NCBI GenBank assembly: GCA_950097015.1
Contig: CATNEN010000032.1
Span: 1-64,000 of the forward strand
Reading direction: 5' to 3'
DNA: 64,000 bases
From: Macrostomum hystrix
Taxonomy: Eukaryota; Animalia; Platyhelminthes
The notes beneath the pieces were generated by a model. The model saw only the letters and a program-made list of their open reading frames with translations. It had not been told where the DNA came from and searched no databases. The translations under genes and the position numbers were made by a program. Below are positions 11,562-24,507 of the stretch, piece after piece (positions within the stretch are counted from its first letter, which is position 1; every line of letters begins with the position of its first letter).

Positions 11562-12885
11562 ACAATGAACCCCCAGTTGACAATGATCCCCCAGTTGACA
11601 ATGAACCCCCAGTTGACAATGAACCCCCAGTTCACAACGATCCCCCAGTTGACAATGGTCCCCCAGTTGACAATGATCACACAGTTGACAATGATCCCCC
11701 AGTTGACAAAGATCCCCCAGTTCACAATGATCCCCCAGTTGATGATGATCCCCCAGTTGATGATGATCCCCCAGTTGAAAATGATCCCCCAGTTGACAAT
11801 GATCCCCCAGTTGAGAATGATCCCCCAGTTGACAATGATCCCCCAGTTGACAATGATCCCCCAGTTGACAATGATCCCCCAGTTCACAATGATCCCCCAG
11901 TTGATGAAGTCTCCCCATTGATGATGATCCCCAGTTAACAATGTTCCTCCAGTTGACAATGTTCCCCCATTGATGATGATCCCCAGTTGATGATGATCAC
12001 CCAGTTGACAATGTTTCCCCAGTTGACAATGATCCCCCAGTTGATGATGATCACCCAGTTGACAATGATCCCCCAGTTGACAATGAACCCCCAGTTGACA
12101 ACGATCCCCCAGTTGACAATGATCCCCCAGTTGACAATGATCCCCCAGTTGACAATGATCCCCCAGTTAACAATGATCCCCCCAGTTCACAATGATCCCC
12201 CAGTTGATGAAGTCTCCCCATTAATGATGATCCCCAGTTAACAATGTTCCTCCAGTTGACAATGTTTCCCCAGTTGACAATGATCCCCCAGTTGATGATG
12301 ATCACCCAGTTGACAATGATCCCCCAGTTGACAATGAACCCCCAGTTGACAACGATCCCCCAGTTGACAATGATACCCCAGTTGACAATGATCCCCCAGT
12401 TGACAATGATCCCACAGTTGACAATGATCCCCCAGTTGACAAAGATCCCCCAGTTCACAATGATCCCACAGTTGACAAAGATCCCCCAGTTCACAATGAT
12501 CCCCCAGTTGATGAAGATCCCCCAGTTGATGATAATCCCAAGTTGATGATGATTCCCCAGTTGACAATTATCCCCCAGTTGACCATTACCCCCAGTTGAC
12601 AATGATCCCTTAGTTCACAATGATCCCCCACTTGACAATGATCCCCCAGGTGACAATGATCCCACAGTTGACAATGATCCCCCAGTTGACAAAGATCCCC
12701 CAGTTCACAATGATCCCCCAGTTGATGATGATCCCCAGTTGATGATGATCACCCAGTTCACAACGATCCCCCAGTTGACAATGATCCCCCAGTTGACAAT
12801 TATCCCCCAGTTTACCAAGATCCTCCAGTTGACGATTATCCCCCAGTTTACCTTGATCCCCATTTTGATGATGACTCCCCAGTTG
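11562..12885. repeat. 18-bp minisatellite (CCCCCAGTTGACAATGAT)n, unit B
   Basis: Monomer directly visible; source of the VNWGII/QLTMIP/QLGDHC pseudo-ORFs. Confidence 0.96.
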
Positions 12886-12895
12886 ACGTTGATTT

Positions 12896-14090
12896 TTCAA
12901 ACGCTGGGTTAGCCAAGATTCAAACTCAGGTTTCGCCATGTTTTAAACCCTGGTGGGCTATGATTCAAACTCTCGTTTTACCATGATTCAAACTCTAATT
13001 TAACTATGATTCAAACTCTGGTTTAGCCATGATTCAGACGCTTGTTTAGCCATGATTCAAACTCTGGTTTAGCCATGATTCAAACTCTGGTTTAGCCATG
13101 ATTCAAACTCTGGTTTAGCCATGATTCAAACTCTGGTTTAGCCATGATTCAAACTCTGGTTTAGCCATGATTCAAACTCTGGTTTAGCCATGATTCAAAC
13201 TCTGGTTAAGCCATGATTCAGACTCTGGTTTAGCCATGATTTAAACTCTGGTTTAGCCATGATTCAAACTCTGGTTTAGCCATGATTCAAACTCTGCTTT
13301 TGCCATGATTCAAGCTCTGGTTTAGCCATGATTCAGACTCTGGTTTAGCCATGATTTAAACTCTGGTTTAGCCATGATTCAAACTCTGGTTTAGCCATGA
13401 TTCAAACTCTGCTTTAGCCATGATTCAGACTCTGGTTTAGCCATGATTCAAACTCTGGTTTAGCCATGATTCAGACTCTGGTTTAGCCATGATTCAAACT
13501 CTGGTTTAGCAATGATTCAGACGCTGGTTTAGCCATGATTCAGACGGTGGTTTTGCCATGATTCAAGCTCTGGTTTAGCCATGATTCAGACTCTGGTTTT
13601 GCCATGATTCAAACTCTGGTTTAGCCATGATTCAGACTCTGGTTTAGCCATGATTCAAACTCTGGTTTAGCCATGATTCGGACTCTGGTTTAGCCATGAT
13701 TCAAACTCTGGTTTAGCAATGATTCAGACTCTGGTTTAGCCATGATTCAAACTCTGCTTTAGCCATGATTCAGACGCTGATTTAGCCATGATTCAGACGC
13801 TGGTTTAGCCATGATTCAGACTCTGGTTTAGCCATGATTCAAACTCTGGTTTAGCAATGATTCAGACGCTGGTTTAGCCATGATTCAGACGGTGGTTTTG
13901 CCATGATTGAAGCTCTGGTTTAGCCATGATTCAGACTCTGGTTTAGCCATGATTCAGACTCCAGTTTAGCCATGATTCAGACTCTGGTTTAGCCATGATT
14001 CAAGCTCTGGTTTAGCCATGATTCAGACGCTGGTTTAGCCATGATTCAAGCTCTATTTTTGCCATGATTCAAACTCAGGTTTGCTATGAT
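12896..14090. repeat. 23-bp satellite, unit B
   Basis: Same monomer as 4991-10870. Confidence 0.96.
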
Positions 14091-14263
14091 TTATGATATT
14101 TTATTTACGAAATGAAAAAAAAAATCAAAATAATCTTCAATCACTACTGGCTGAAAATTAGTCTAAATGACTAGCAAGTTTTGCCCCCCTTCGGGGAGCA
14201 GAAATATTTTTAACTCGTCCAGTATATACTTTTTAGCAGCTGTATTGTCAGCCTTTTTTGCGC

Positions 14264-15845
14264 TACAATGATCAGTTGACAATGATCCCCCAGTTGATAA
14301 TGATCCCCCAGTTGACAATGATCCCCCAGTTGATAATGATCCCCCAGTTGACAATGATCCCCCAGTTGACAATGATCCCCCAGTTGACAATGATCCCCCA
14401 GTTGATAATGATCACCCAGTTGACAATGATCCCCCAGTTGACAATGATCCCCCAGTTGACAATGATCCCCCAGTTGACAATGATCTCCCAGTTGACAATG
14501 ATCCACCAGTTGACAATGATCCCCCAGTTGACAATGATCCCACAGTTGACAATGATCCCCCAGTTGACAATGATCCCCCAATTGATAATGATCACCCAGT
14601 TGACAATGATCCTCCAGTTGACAATGATCCCCCAGTTGACAATGATCCCCCAGTTGACAATGATCTCCCAGTTGACAATGATCCACCAGTTGACAATGAT
14701 CCCCCAGTTCACAATGATCCCCAGTTGGCCATGATCCCCTAGTTGACAATGATCCCACAGTTGACAATGATCCCCCAGTTTACAATGATCCCCCAGTTGA
14801 TGATGATTCCCCAGTTTACAATGATCTCCCAGTTGACAATGATCCCCCAGTTGACAATGTTCCCCCAGTTGACAATGATCCCCCAGTTCACAATGATCCC
14901 CAGTTGGCCATGATCCCCTAGTTGACAATGATCCCACAGTTGACAATGATCCCCCAGTTTACAATGATCCCCCAGTTGATGATGATTCCCCAGTTTACAA
15001 TGATCTCCCAGTTGAAAATGATCCCCCAGTTTACAATGATCCCCCAGTTGACAATGATCCCCCAGTTGACAATGATCCCCCAGTTGACAATGATCCCCCA
15101 GTTGACAATGATTACCCAGTTGACAATGATTACCCAGTTGACAATCATTCCCCAGTGGACAATGATCCCCCAGTTTACAATGATACCCCAGTTGACAATG
15201 ATCACCCAGTTGAAGATGATCCCCCAGTTGACAATGATCACCCAGTTCACAATGATCCCCAGTTGGCCATGATCCCCTAGTTGACAATGATCCCACAGTT
15301 GACAATGATCCCCCAGTTTACAATGATCCCCCAGTTTACAATGATCTCCCAGTTGACAATGATCCCCCAGTTGAAGATGATCCCCCAGTTGACAATGATC
15401 ACCCAGTTCACAATGATCCCCAGTTGGCCATGATCCCCTAGTTGACAATGATCCTACAGTTGACAATGATCCCCCAGTTGACAATGATCCCCCAGTTGAT
15501 GATGATCCCCCAGTTTACAATGATCTCCCAGTTGACAATGATCCCCCAGTTGAAGATGATCCCCCAGTTGACAATGATCACCCAGTTCACAATGATCCCC
15601 TAGTTGACAATGATCCCCCAGTTGAAAATGATACCCCAGTTGACAATGATCCCCCAGTTGACGATGATCCCCCAGTTGACAATGATCCCCCAGTTGACAA
15701 TGATCCCCCAGTTGACAATGATCCCCCAGTTGACAATGATCCCCCAGTTGACAATTATCCCCCAGTTTACCATGATCCCCCAGTTGACGATTATCCCCCA
15801 GTTCACCATGATCCCCATTTTGATGATGACTCCCCAGTTGACGTT
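14264..15845. repeat. 18-bp minisatellite, unit C
   Basis: Same monomer; internal 161-359-bp duplications marked by TTGGCCATG. Confidence 0.96.
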
Positions 15846-15849
15846 GATT

Positions 15850-18800
15850 TTTCAAACACTGGGTTAGCCAAGATTCAAACTCAGGTTTCGCCATGTTTTA
15901 AACCCTGGTGGGCTATGATTCAAACTCTCGTTTTGCCATGATTCAGACTCTGGTTGGCTATGATTCAAACTCTGGTTTAGCCAAGATTCAAACTCTGGTT
16001 TAGCCATGTTTTAAACCCTGGTGGGCTATGATTCAAACTCTCGTTTTGCCATGATTCAGACTCTGGTTTAGCCATGATTCAGACTCTGGTTTTGCCATGA
16101 TTCAAGCTCTGGTTTAGCCATGATTCAGACGCTGGTTTAGCCATGATTCAGACTCTGGTTTAGCCATGATTCAGACGCTGGTTTAGCCATGATTCAGACT
16201 CTGGTTTAGCCATGATTCAAACTCTGGTTAAGCCATGATTCAGACTCTGGTTTCGCCATGTTTTAAACCCTGGTGGGCTATGATTCAAACTCTCGTTTTG
16301 CCATGATTCAGACTCTGGTTTTGCCATGATTCAAGCTCTGGTTTAGCCATGTTTCAAACTCTGGTTTAGCCATGATTTAAACTCTGGTTAAGCCATGTTT
16401 CAAACTCTGGTTTAGCCATGATTTAAACTCTGGTTAAGCCATGATTCAGACTCTGGTTTAGCCATGATTTAAACTCTGGTTTAGCCATGATTCAGACTCT
16501 GGTTTAGCCATGATTCAAACTCAGGTTTCGCCATGTTTTAAACCCTGGTGGGCTATGATTCAAACTCTCGTTTTGCCATGATTCAGACTCTGGTTGGCTA
16601 TGATTCAAACTCTGGTTTAGCCAAGATTCAAACTCTGGTTTAGCCATGTTTTAAACCCTGGTGGGCTATGATTCAAACTCTCGTTTTGCCATGATTCAGA
16701 CTCTGGTTTAGCCATGATTCAGACTCTGGTTTTGCCATGATTCAAGCTCTGGTTTAGCCATGTTTCAAACTCTGGTTTAGCCATGATTCAAACTCTGGTT
16801 TAGCCATGATTCAGACTCTGGTTTAGCCATGATTCAGACTCTGGTTTAGCCATGATTCAGACGCTGGTTTAGCCATGATTCAGACTCTGGTTTAGCCATG
16901 ATTGAAACTCTGGTTTAGCCATGATTCAGACTCTGGTTTAGCCATGATTTAAACTCTGGTTTAGCCATGATTCAGACTCTGGTTTAGCCATGGTTCAAAC
17001 TCTGGTTTAGCCATGATTCAGACGCTGGTTTAGCCATGATTCAGACTCTGGTTTAGCCATGATTCAAACTCTGGTTAAGCCATGATTCAGACTCTGGTTT
17101 CGCCATGTTTTAAACCCTGGTGGGCTATGATTCAAACTCTCGTTTTGCCATGATTCAGACTCTGGTTGGCTATGATTCAAACTCTGGTTTAGCCAAGATT
17201 CAAACTCTGGTTTAGCCATGTTTTAAACCCTGGTGGGCTATGATTCAAACTCTCGTTTTGCCATGATTCAGACTCTGGTTGGCTATGATTCAAACTCTGG
17301 TTTAGCCATGATTTAAACTCTGGTTTAGCCATGATTCAGACTCTGGTTTTGCCATGATTCAAGCTCTGGTTTAGCCATGTTTCAAACTCTGGTTTAGCCA
17401 TGATTTAAACTCTGGTTAAGCCATGATTCAGACTCTGGTTTAGCCATGATTTAAACTCTGGTTTAGCCATGATTCAGACTCTGGTTTAGCCATGATTCAA
17501 ACTCAGGTTTCGCCATGTTTTAAACCCTGGTGGGCTATGATTCAAACTCTCGTTTTGCCATGATTCAGACTCTGGTTGGCTATGATTCAAACTCTGGTTT
17601 AGCCAAGATTCAAACTCTGGTTTAGCCATGTTTTAAACCCTGGTGGGCTATGATTCAAACTCTCGTTTTGCCATGATTCAGACTCTGGTTTAGCCATGAT
17701 TCAGACTCTGGTTTTGCCATGATTCAAGCTCTGGTTTAGCCATGTTTCAAACTCTGGTTTAGCCATGATTCAAACTCTGGTTTAGCCATGATTCAGACTC
17801 TGGTTTAGCCATGATTCAGACTCTGGTTTAGCCATGATTCAGACGCTGGTTTAGCCATGATTCAGACTCTGGTTTAGCCATGATTCAAACTCTGGTTTAG
17901 CCATGATTCAGACGCTGGTTTAGCCATGATTCAGACGCTGGTTTAGCCATGATTGAAACTCTGGTTTAGCCATGATTCAGACTCTGGTTTAGCCATGATT
18001 TAAACTCTGGTTTAGCCATGATTCAGACTCTGGTTTAGCCATGGTTCAAACTCTGGTTTAGCCATGATTCAGACGCTGGTTTAGCCATGATTCAGACTCT
18101 GGTTTAGCCATGATTCAAACTCTGGTTAAGCCATGATTCAGACTCTGGTTTCGCCATGTTTTAAACCCTGGTGGGCTATGATTCAAACTCTCGTTTTGCC
18201 ATGATTCAGACTCTGGTTGGCTATGATTCAAACTCTGGTTTAGCCAAGATTCAAACTCTGGTTTAGCCATGTTTTAAACCCTGGTGGGCTATGATTCAAA
18301 CTCTCGTTTTGCCATGATTCAGACTCTGGTTGGCTATGATTCAAACTCTGGTTTAGCCATGATTTAAACTCTGGTTTAGCCATGATTCAGACTCTGGTTT
18401 TGCCATGATTCAAGCTCTGGTTTAGCCATGTTTCAAACTCTGGTTTAGCCATGATTTAAACTCTGGTTAAGCCATGATTCAGACTCTGGTTTAGCCATGA
18501 TTTAAACTCTGGTTTAGCCATGATTCAGACTCTGGTTTAGCCATGATTCAAACTCAGGTTTCGCCATGTTTTAAACCCTGGTGGGCTATGATTCAAACTC
18601 TCGTTTTGCCATGATTCAGACTCTGGTTGGCTATGATTCAAACTCTGGTTTAGCCAAGATTCAAACTCTGGTTTAGCCATGTTTTAAACCCTGGTGGGCT
18701 ATGATTCAAACTCTCGTTTTGCCATGATTCAGACTCTGGTTTAGCCATGATTCAGACTCTGGTTTTGCCATGATTCAAGCTCTGGTTTAGCCATGTTTCA

Positions 18801-19348
18801 AACTCTGGTTTAGCCATGATTCAAACTCTGGTTTAGCCATGATTCAGACTCTGGTTTAGCCATGATTCAGACTCTGGTTTAGCCATGATTCAGACGCTGG
18901 TTTAGCCATGATTCAGACTCTGGTTTAGCCATGATTCAAACTCTGGTTTAGCCATGATTCAGACGCTGGTTTAGCCATGATTCAGACGCTGGTTTAGCCA
19001 TGATTGAAACTCTGGTTTAGCCATGATTCAGACTCTGGTTTAGCCATGATTTAAACTCTGGTTTAGCCATGATTCAGACTCTGGTTTAGCCATGGTTCAA
19101 ACTCTGGTTTAGCCATGATTCAGACGCTGGTTTAGCCATGATTCAGACTCTGGTTTAGCCATGATTCAAACTCTGGTTAAGCCATGATTCAGACTCTGGT
19201 TTAGCCATGATTTAAACTCTGGTTTAGCCGTGATTCAGACTCTGGTTTAGCCATGATTCAAACTCTGGTTTAGCCATGATTCAGACGCTGGTTTAGCCAT
19301 GATTCAAACTCTGGTTTAGCCATGATTCAAACTCAGATTTGCTATGAT
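15850..19348. repeat. 23-bp satellite, unit C, with 1051-bp higher-order period
   Basis: Marker GCCATGTTTTAAACCCTGGTGG recurs at 17102/18153 and 17215/18266. Confidence 0.96.
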
Positions 19349-20033
19349 TTATGATATTTTATTTACGAAATATAAAAAATAATATAAAATAATCTTCAAT
19401 CACTACTGGCTGAAAATTAGTCTAAATGATTTGACGCAGTGCAGAATCGAACCCTAGCCTAGCCTAACCTATTCCTAGTGCCTACACATCGGCTATTCCG
19501 ACTGTTGGTTAGTGGGTGCAAAAATCAGCCTTATAAAATGAATTCTCAAATTTCTGGCTTTGTACAATGAAGTAAGAAAATAGAGTACACTCAGTCTCGC
19601 GGTTTGTTGTGTACATTTATTTCCAATTTGTCTCCAGAGTGCAGGCTTCAAATTCAATCAGCTGGGGGTCGTTGCGCAATTTGACGATGCAATTCTAATT
19701 CAGTGGCGGTGAGTAAAATTCTCAATAGGCCAAGATTGTTTGACCTTTAAAAAATCATGTTTTTCGAATATTTAATCCCCTTAGCAATAAAGTTTAGCTT
19801 AATAAAAATACGTGTATAATTGTCCCCATTTTTGGCATCTTTTGGTGAAGAAATGGTGAAAATCGGTTGAGCCGTTCAGGAGAAAATCAATTACAACCAA
19901 CCAACCAACCAAGCAAGCATTTCATTTTTAGTATAGTGGACTAGCAAGTTTTGCCCCCCTTCGGGGAGCAGAAATACTTTTAATTCGTCTAGTATATACT
20001 TTTTAGCAGCTGAATTTACAGCTTTTTAAAGCT

Positions 20034-21105
20034 ACAATGAACCACCAGTTGACAATGAACCCCCAGTTGATGATGATCCCCCAGTTGATGATGATCCCCC
20101 AGTTGACAATGAACCCCCGGTTGACAATGATCCCCCAGTTGACAATGATCCCCCAGTTGACAATGATCCCCCAGTTGACAATGATCCCACAGTTGACAAT
20201 GATCCCCCAGTTGACAAATATCCCCCAGTTCACAATGATCCCCCAGTTGAAAATGATCCCCCAGTTGACAATGATCCCCCAGTTGACAATGATCCCCCAG
20301 TTGACAATGATCCCGCCCGTTGACAATGATCCCACAGTCACAATGAACCCCCAGTTGACAATGATCCCCCCAGTTGATGATGACCGCCCAGTTGACAATG
20401 ATCCCCCAGTTGACAATGATCCCACAGTTGACAATGAACCCCCCAGTTGACAATGATCCCCCAGTTGACAATGATCCCCCAGTTGACAATGATCCCCCAG
20501 TTGACAAAGATCCCCCAGTTTACAATGATCCCCCAGTTGATGATGACTCCCCATTGATGATGATCCCCAGTTAACAATGTCCCCTCCAGTTGACCATGTT
20601 CCCCCAGTTGACAATGATCCCCCAGTTGACAATGAACTCCCAGTTGACAATGATCCCCCAGTTAATGATGATCCCCCAGTTGACAATGATCCCCCAGTTG
20701 ACAACGATCCCCCAGTTGACAATAATCCCCCAGTTGACAATGATCCCACAGTTGACAATGATCCGGCCCAGTTGACAATGATCCCCCAGTTCACAAATAT
20801 CCCCCAGTTGATGATGATCCCCCAGTTAATGATGATCCCCCAGTTAATGATGATCCCCCAGTTGACAATGATCCCCCAATTGACAACGATCCCCCAGTTG
20901 ACAATAATCCCCCAGTTGACAATGATCCGGCCCAGTTGACAATGATCCCCCAGTTCACAAATATCCCCCAGTTGATGATGATCCCCCAGTTAATGATGAT
21001 CCCCCAGTTGACCATTACCCCCTAAGTTGACAATGATCCCCCAGTTGACAATTATCCCCCAGTTTACCATGATCCCCATTTTGATGATGACTCCCCAGTT
21101 GACGT
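20034..21105. repeat. 18-bp minisatellite, unit D
   Basis: Monomer directly visible. Confidence 0.95.
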
Positions 21106-21111
21106 TGATTT

Positions 21112-21845
21112 TTCAAACGCTGGGTTAGCCAAGATTCAAACTCAGGTTTCGCCATGTTTTAAACCCTGGTGGGCTATGATTCAGACTCTGGTTGACTATG
21201 ATTCAAACTCTGGTTTTGCCATGATTCAAACTCTCGTTTTACCATGATTCAAACTCTGGTTTAGCCATGATTCAAACTCTGGTTTAGCAATGATTCAAAC
21301 TCTGGTTTAGCCGTGATTCAAACTCTGGTGTAGCCATGATTCAAACTCTGGTTTAGCCATGATTCAGACGCTGGTTGGCCAGGATTGAAATTTTGGTTTA
21401 GCCATGATTCAAACTCTGGTTGGCCAGGATTGAAATTTTGGTTTAGCCATGATTCAAACTCTGGTTTAGCCATGATTCAAACTCTGGTTTTGCCATGATT
21501 CAAACTCTGGTTTAGCCATGATTCAGACTCTAGGTTAGCCATGATTCAAACGTTGGTTTAGCCATGATTCAGACTCTAGTTTAGCCATGATTCAAAATCT
21601 GGTTTAGCCATGATTCAAACTCTGGTTTAGCCATGATTCAGACGCTGGTTTAGAATGATTCAAACTCTGGTTTAGCCATGATTCAAACTCTGGTTTAGCA
21701 ATGATTCAGACTCTGGTTTATCCATGATTCAGACTCCAGTTTAGCCATGATTCAAGCTCTGGTTTAGCCATGATCCAGACTCTGGTTTTGCCATGATTTA
21801 GACTCTATTGTTGCAATGATTCAAACTCAGATTTGCTATGATTTA
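21112..21845. repeat. 23-bp satellite, unit D
   Basis: Monomer directly visible. Confidence 0.95.
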
Positions 21846-22424
21846 TGATATTTTATTTACGAAATGAAAAAAATAAATCAAAATAATCTTCAATCACTAC
21901 TGGCTGAAAATTAGTTTAAATGATTTGACGCAGTGCAGAATCGAACCCTAGCCTAGCCTATAACCTATTCCTAGTGCCTACACATCGGCTATTCCGACTG
22001 TTGGTTAGTGGGTGCAAAAATCAGCCTTATAAAATAAATTTTCAAAGTTCTGGCTTTGTACAATGAAGTAAGAAAATAGAGTACACTCAGTCTCGCGGTT
22101 GGTTGTGTACATTTATTTCCAATTTGTCTCCAGAGTGCAGGCTTCAAATTCAATCAGCTTGGGGTTGTTGCGCAATTTGACGATGCAATTTCAATTCAGT
22201 GGCAGTGAGTAAAATACTCAATAGGCCAAGATGGTTTGACCTTTGAAAAATCATGTTTTTCGAATATTTAATCCTCTTAGCAATAAAGTTAAGCTTAATA
22301 AAAATACGTGTAAAATTGTCCCCATATTTGGCATCTTTTGGTGAAGAAATGGTGAAAATTGGTTGAGCCGTTCGGGAGAAAATCAATTACAAGCAAGCAA
22401 GCATTTCATTTTTAGTATAGTGGA

Positions 22425-22752
22425 CTAGCTGCCTTCGCTACCCTCTGGGTAGCCTCACTGGAGTTCTTATCAGTGCGTTATCAAAACTGGCTCTGATGCA
22501 ATCATTAAAATTGGCACTGGAGGCCTCACTGTGCACAAGCTGAAAACAAGAATGCATTAGAAAAGCCTATTTAAAACTGTTTTTCGAATATTTAATCCCC
22601 TTGCCAATGGAATTAAGCTTAATAAAAATACGTGTATATGTGTCCCCATATTTGGCATCTTTTGGTGAAGAAATGGTGAAAATCGGTTGAGCCGTTCGGG
22701 AGAAAATCAATTACAAGCAAGCAAGCAAGATTTTCATTTTTAGTATATTAGA
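22425..22752 (-). mobile_element. Helitron-like unit E, 328-bp mini element with a different 3' end and no satellite
   Basis: Minus-strand 3' end GCTACCC-AGA-GGGTAGC + GAAGGCAGCTAG. The 5' about 170 bp is homologous to the A/C/D 5' end. Confidence 0.7.
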
Positions 22753-22849
22753 CTAGCATGTTTTGCCCCCCTTCGGGGAGCAGAAATATTTTTAATTCGT
22801 CTTGTATATACTGTTTAGCAGCTGAATTTACAGCTTTTTAAAGCTAAAA

Positions 22850-24365
22850 TAAACCCCCAGTTGACAATGATCCCCCAGTTGACAATGATCCCCCAGTTGA
22901 TGATGATCCCCCAGTTGACAATGATCCCCCAGTTGACAATGAACCCCCAGTTGACAATGATCCCCAGTTGACAATGATCCCCCAGTTGATGATGATCCCC
23001 CAGTTGACAATGATCCCCCAGTTGACAATGAACCCCCAGTTGACAATGATCCCCAGTTGACAATGATCCCCCAGTTCACAATGATCCCCTTGTTGACAAT
23101 GATCCCCCAGATGACAATGATCCCACAGTTGACAATGATCCCCCAGTTGATGATGATCCCCCAGTTGACAATGATCCCCCAGTTGACAATGATCCCCCAG
23201 TTGACAATGATCCCCCAGTTGACAATGATCTCACAGTTGACAATGATCCCCCAGTTTACAATGATCCCCCAGTTGACAATGATCCCCCAGTTGACAATGA
23301 TCACCCAGTTGACAATGATCTCACAGTTGACAATGATCCCCAAGTTGACCATGATCCCCCAGTTGACAATGATCCCCCAGTTGACAATGATCACCCAGTT
23401 GACAATGATCCCCCAGTTGACAATGATCCCCCAGTTGACAATGATCCCCCAGTTGACAATGATTCCCAGTTGATAATGATACCCCAGTTGACAATGATCC
23501 CTCAGATGACAATGATCCCCAAGTTGACAATGATCACCCAGTTGACAATGATCCCCCAGTTGACAATGATCCCCCCAGTTGACAATGATCCCCCAGTTGA
23601 CAATCATTCCCAAGTTGACAATGATCCCCCAGTTGATAATGATACCCCAGTTGACAATGATCCCCCAGTTGACAATGATCCCCCAGTTGACAATGATCTC
23701 CCAGTTGACTATGATCCCCCAGTTGACAATGAACACCCATTTGACAATCATTCCCAAGTTGACAATGATCCCCCAGTTGATAATGATCCCCCAGTTGACA
23801 ATGAACACCCATTTGACAATCATTCCCAAGTTGACAATGATCCCCCAGTTGATAATGATACCCCAGTTGACAATGATCCCTCAGTTGACAATGATCCCCC
23901 AGTTGACAATGATCACCCAGTTGACAATGATCCCCCAGTTGACAATGATCCCCCAGTTGACAATGTTCCCCCAGTTGACAATGATCCCCAGTTGACAATG
24001 ATCCCCCAGTTCACAATGATCCCCTTGTTGACAATGATCCCCCAGTTGACAATGATCCCACAGTTGACAATGATCCCCCAGTTTACAATGATCCCCCAGT
24101 TGATGATGATCCCCCAGTTGACAATGATCCCCCAGTTGACAATGATCCCCCAGTTGACAATGATCCCCCAGTTGACAATGATCTCACAGTTGACAATGAT
24201 CCCCCAGTTGACAATGATCCCCAGTTGACAATGATCCCCCAGTTGACAATGATCACCCAGTTGACAATGATCCCCCAGTTGACAATGATCCCCCAGTTGA
24301 CAATGATCCCCCATTTGATGAGGACTCCTTATTGATGATGATGCCCAGTTGACAATGTTGCCCAG
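22850..24365. repeat. 18-bp minisatellite, unit F
   Basis: Monomer directly visible. Confidence 0.95.
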
Positions 24366-24507
24366 TTGCCCAGCTTCTTTTGTAGAAAATTGAGAAGAAC
24401 AACAATGAAATGATTATTAGGCAAAATATTTATCATACAAATATATATCATTATGACGTTATGAGATAACAAACTCAAAATTCAATTCAATGACAAAAGA
24501 AAAATTT

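Larger units (their letters stand above)
11469..14170 (-). mobile_element. Helitron-like unit B (5'-truncated)
   Basis: 3' hairpin + CTAG at 11469; 18-bp array; 23-bp array; only about 80 bp of the unique 5' region, ending at ...GTCTAAATGA|CTAG. Confidence 0.7.
14171..19940 (-). mobile_element. Helitron-like unit C
   Basis: 3' hairpin + CTAG at 14171; 18-bp array; 23-bp array; full unique 5' region ending TAGTATAGTGGA at 19940. Confidence 0.75.
19941..22424 (-). mobile_element. Helitron-like unit D
   Basis: Same layout as C with shorter arrays; ends TAGTATAGTGGA at 22424. Confidence 0.75.
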
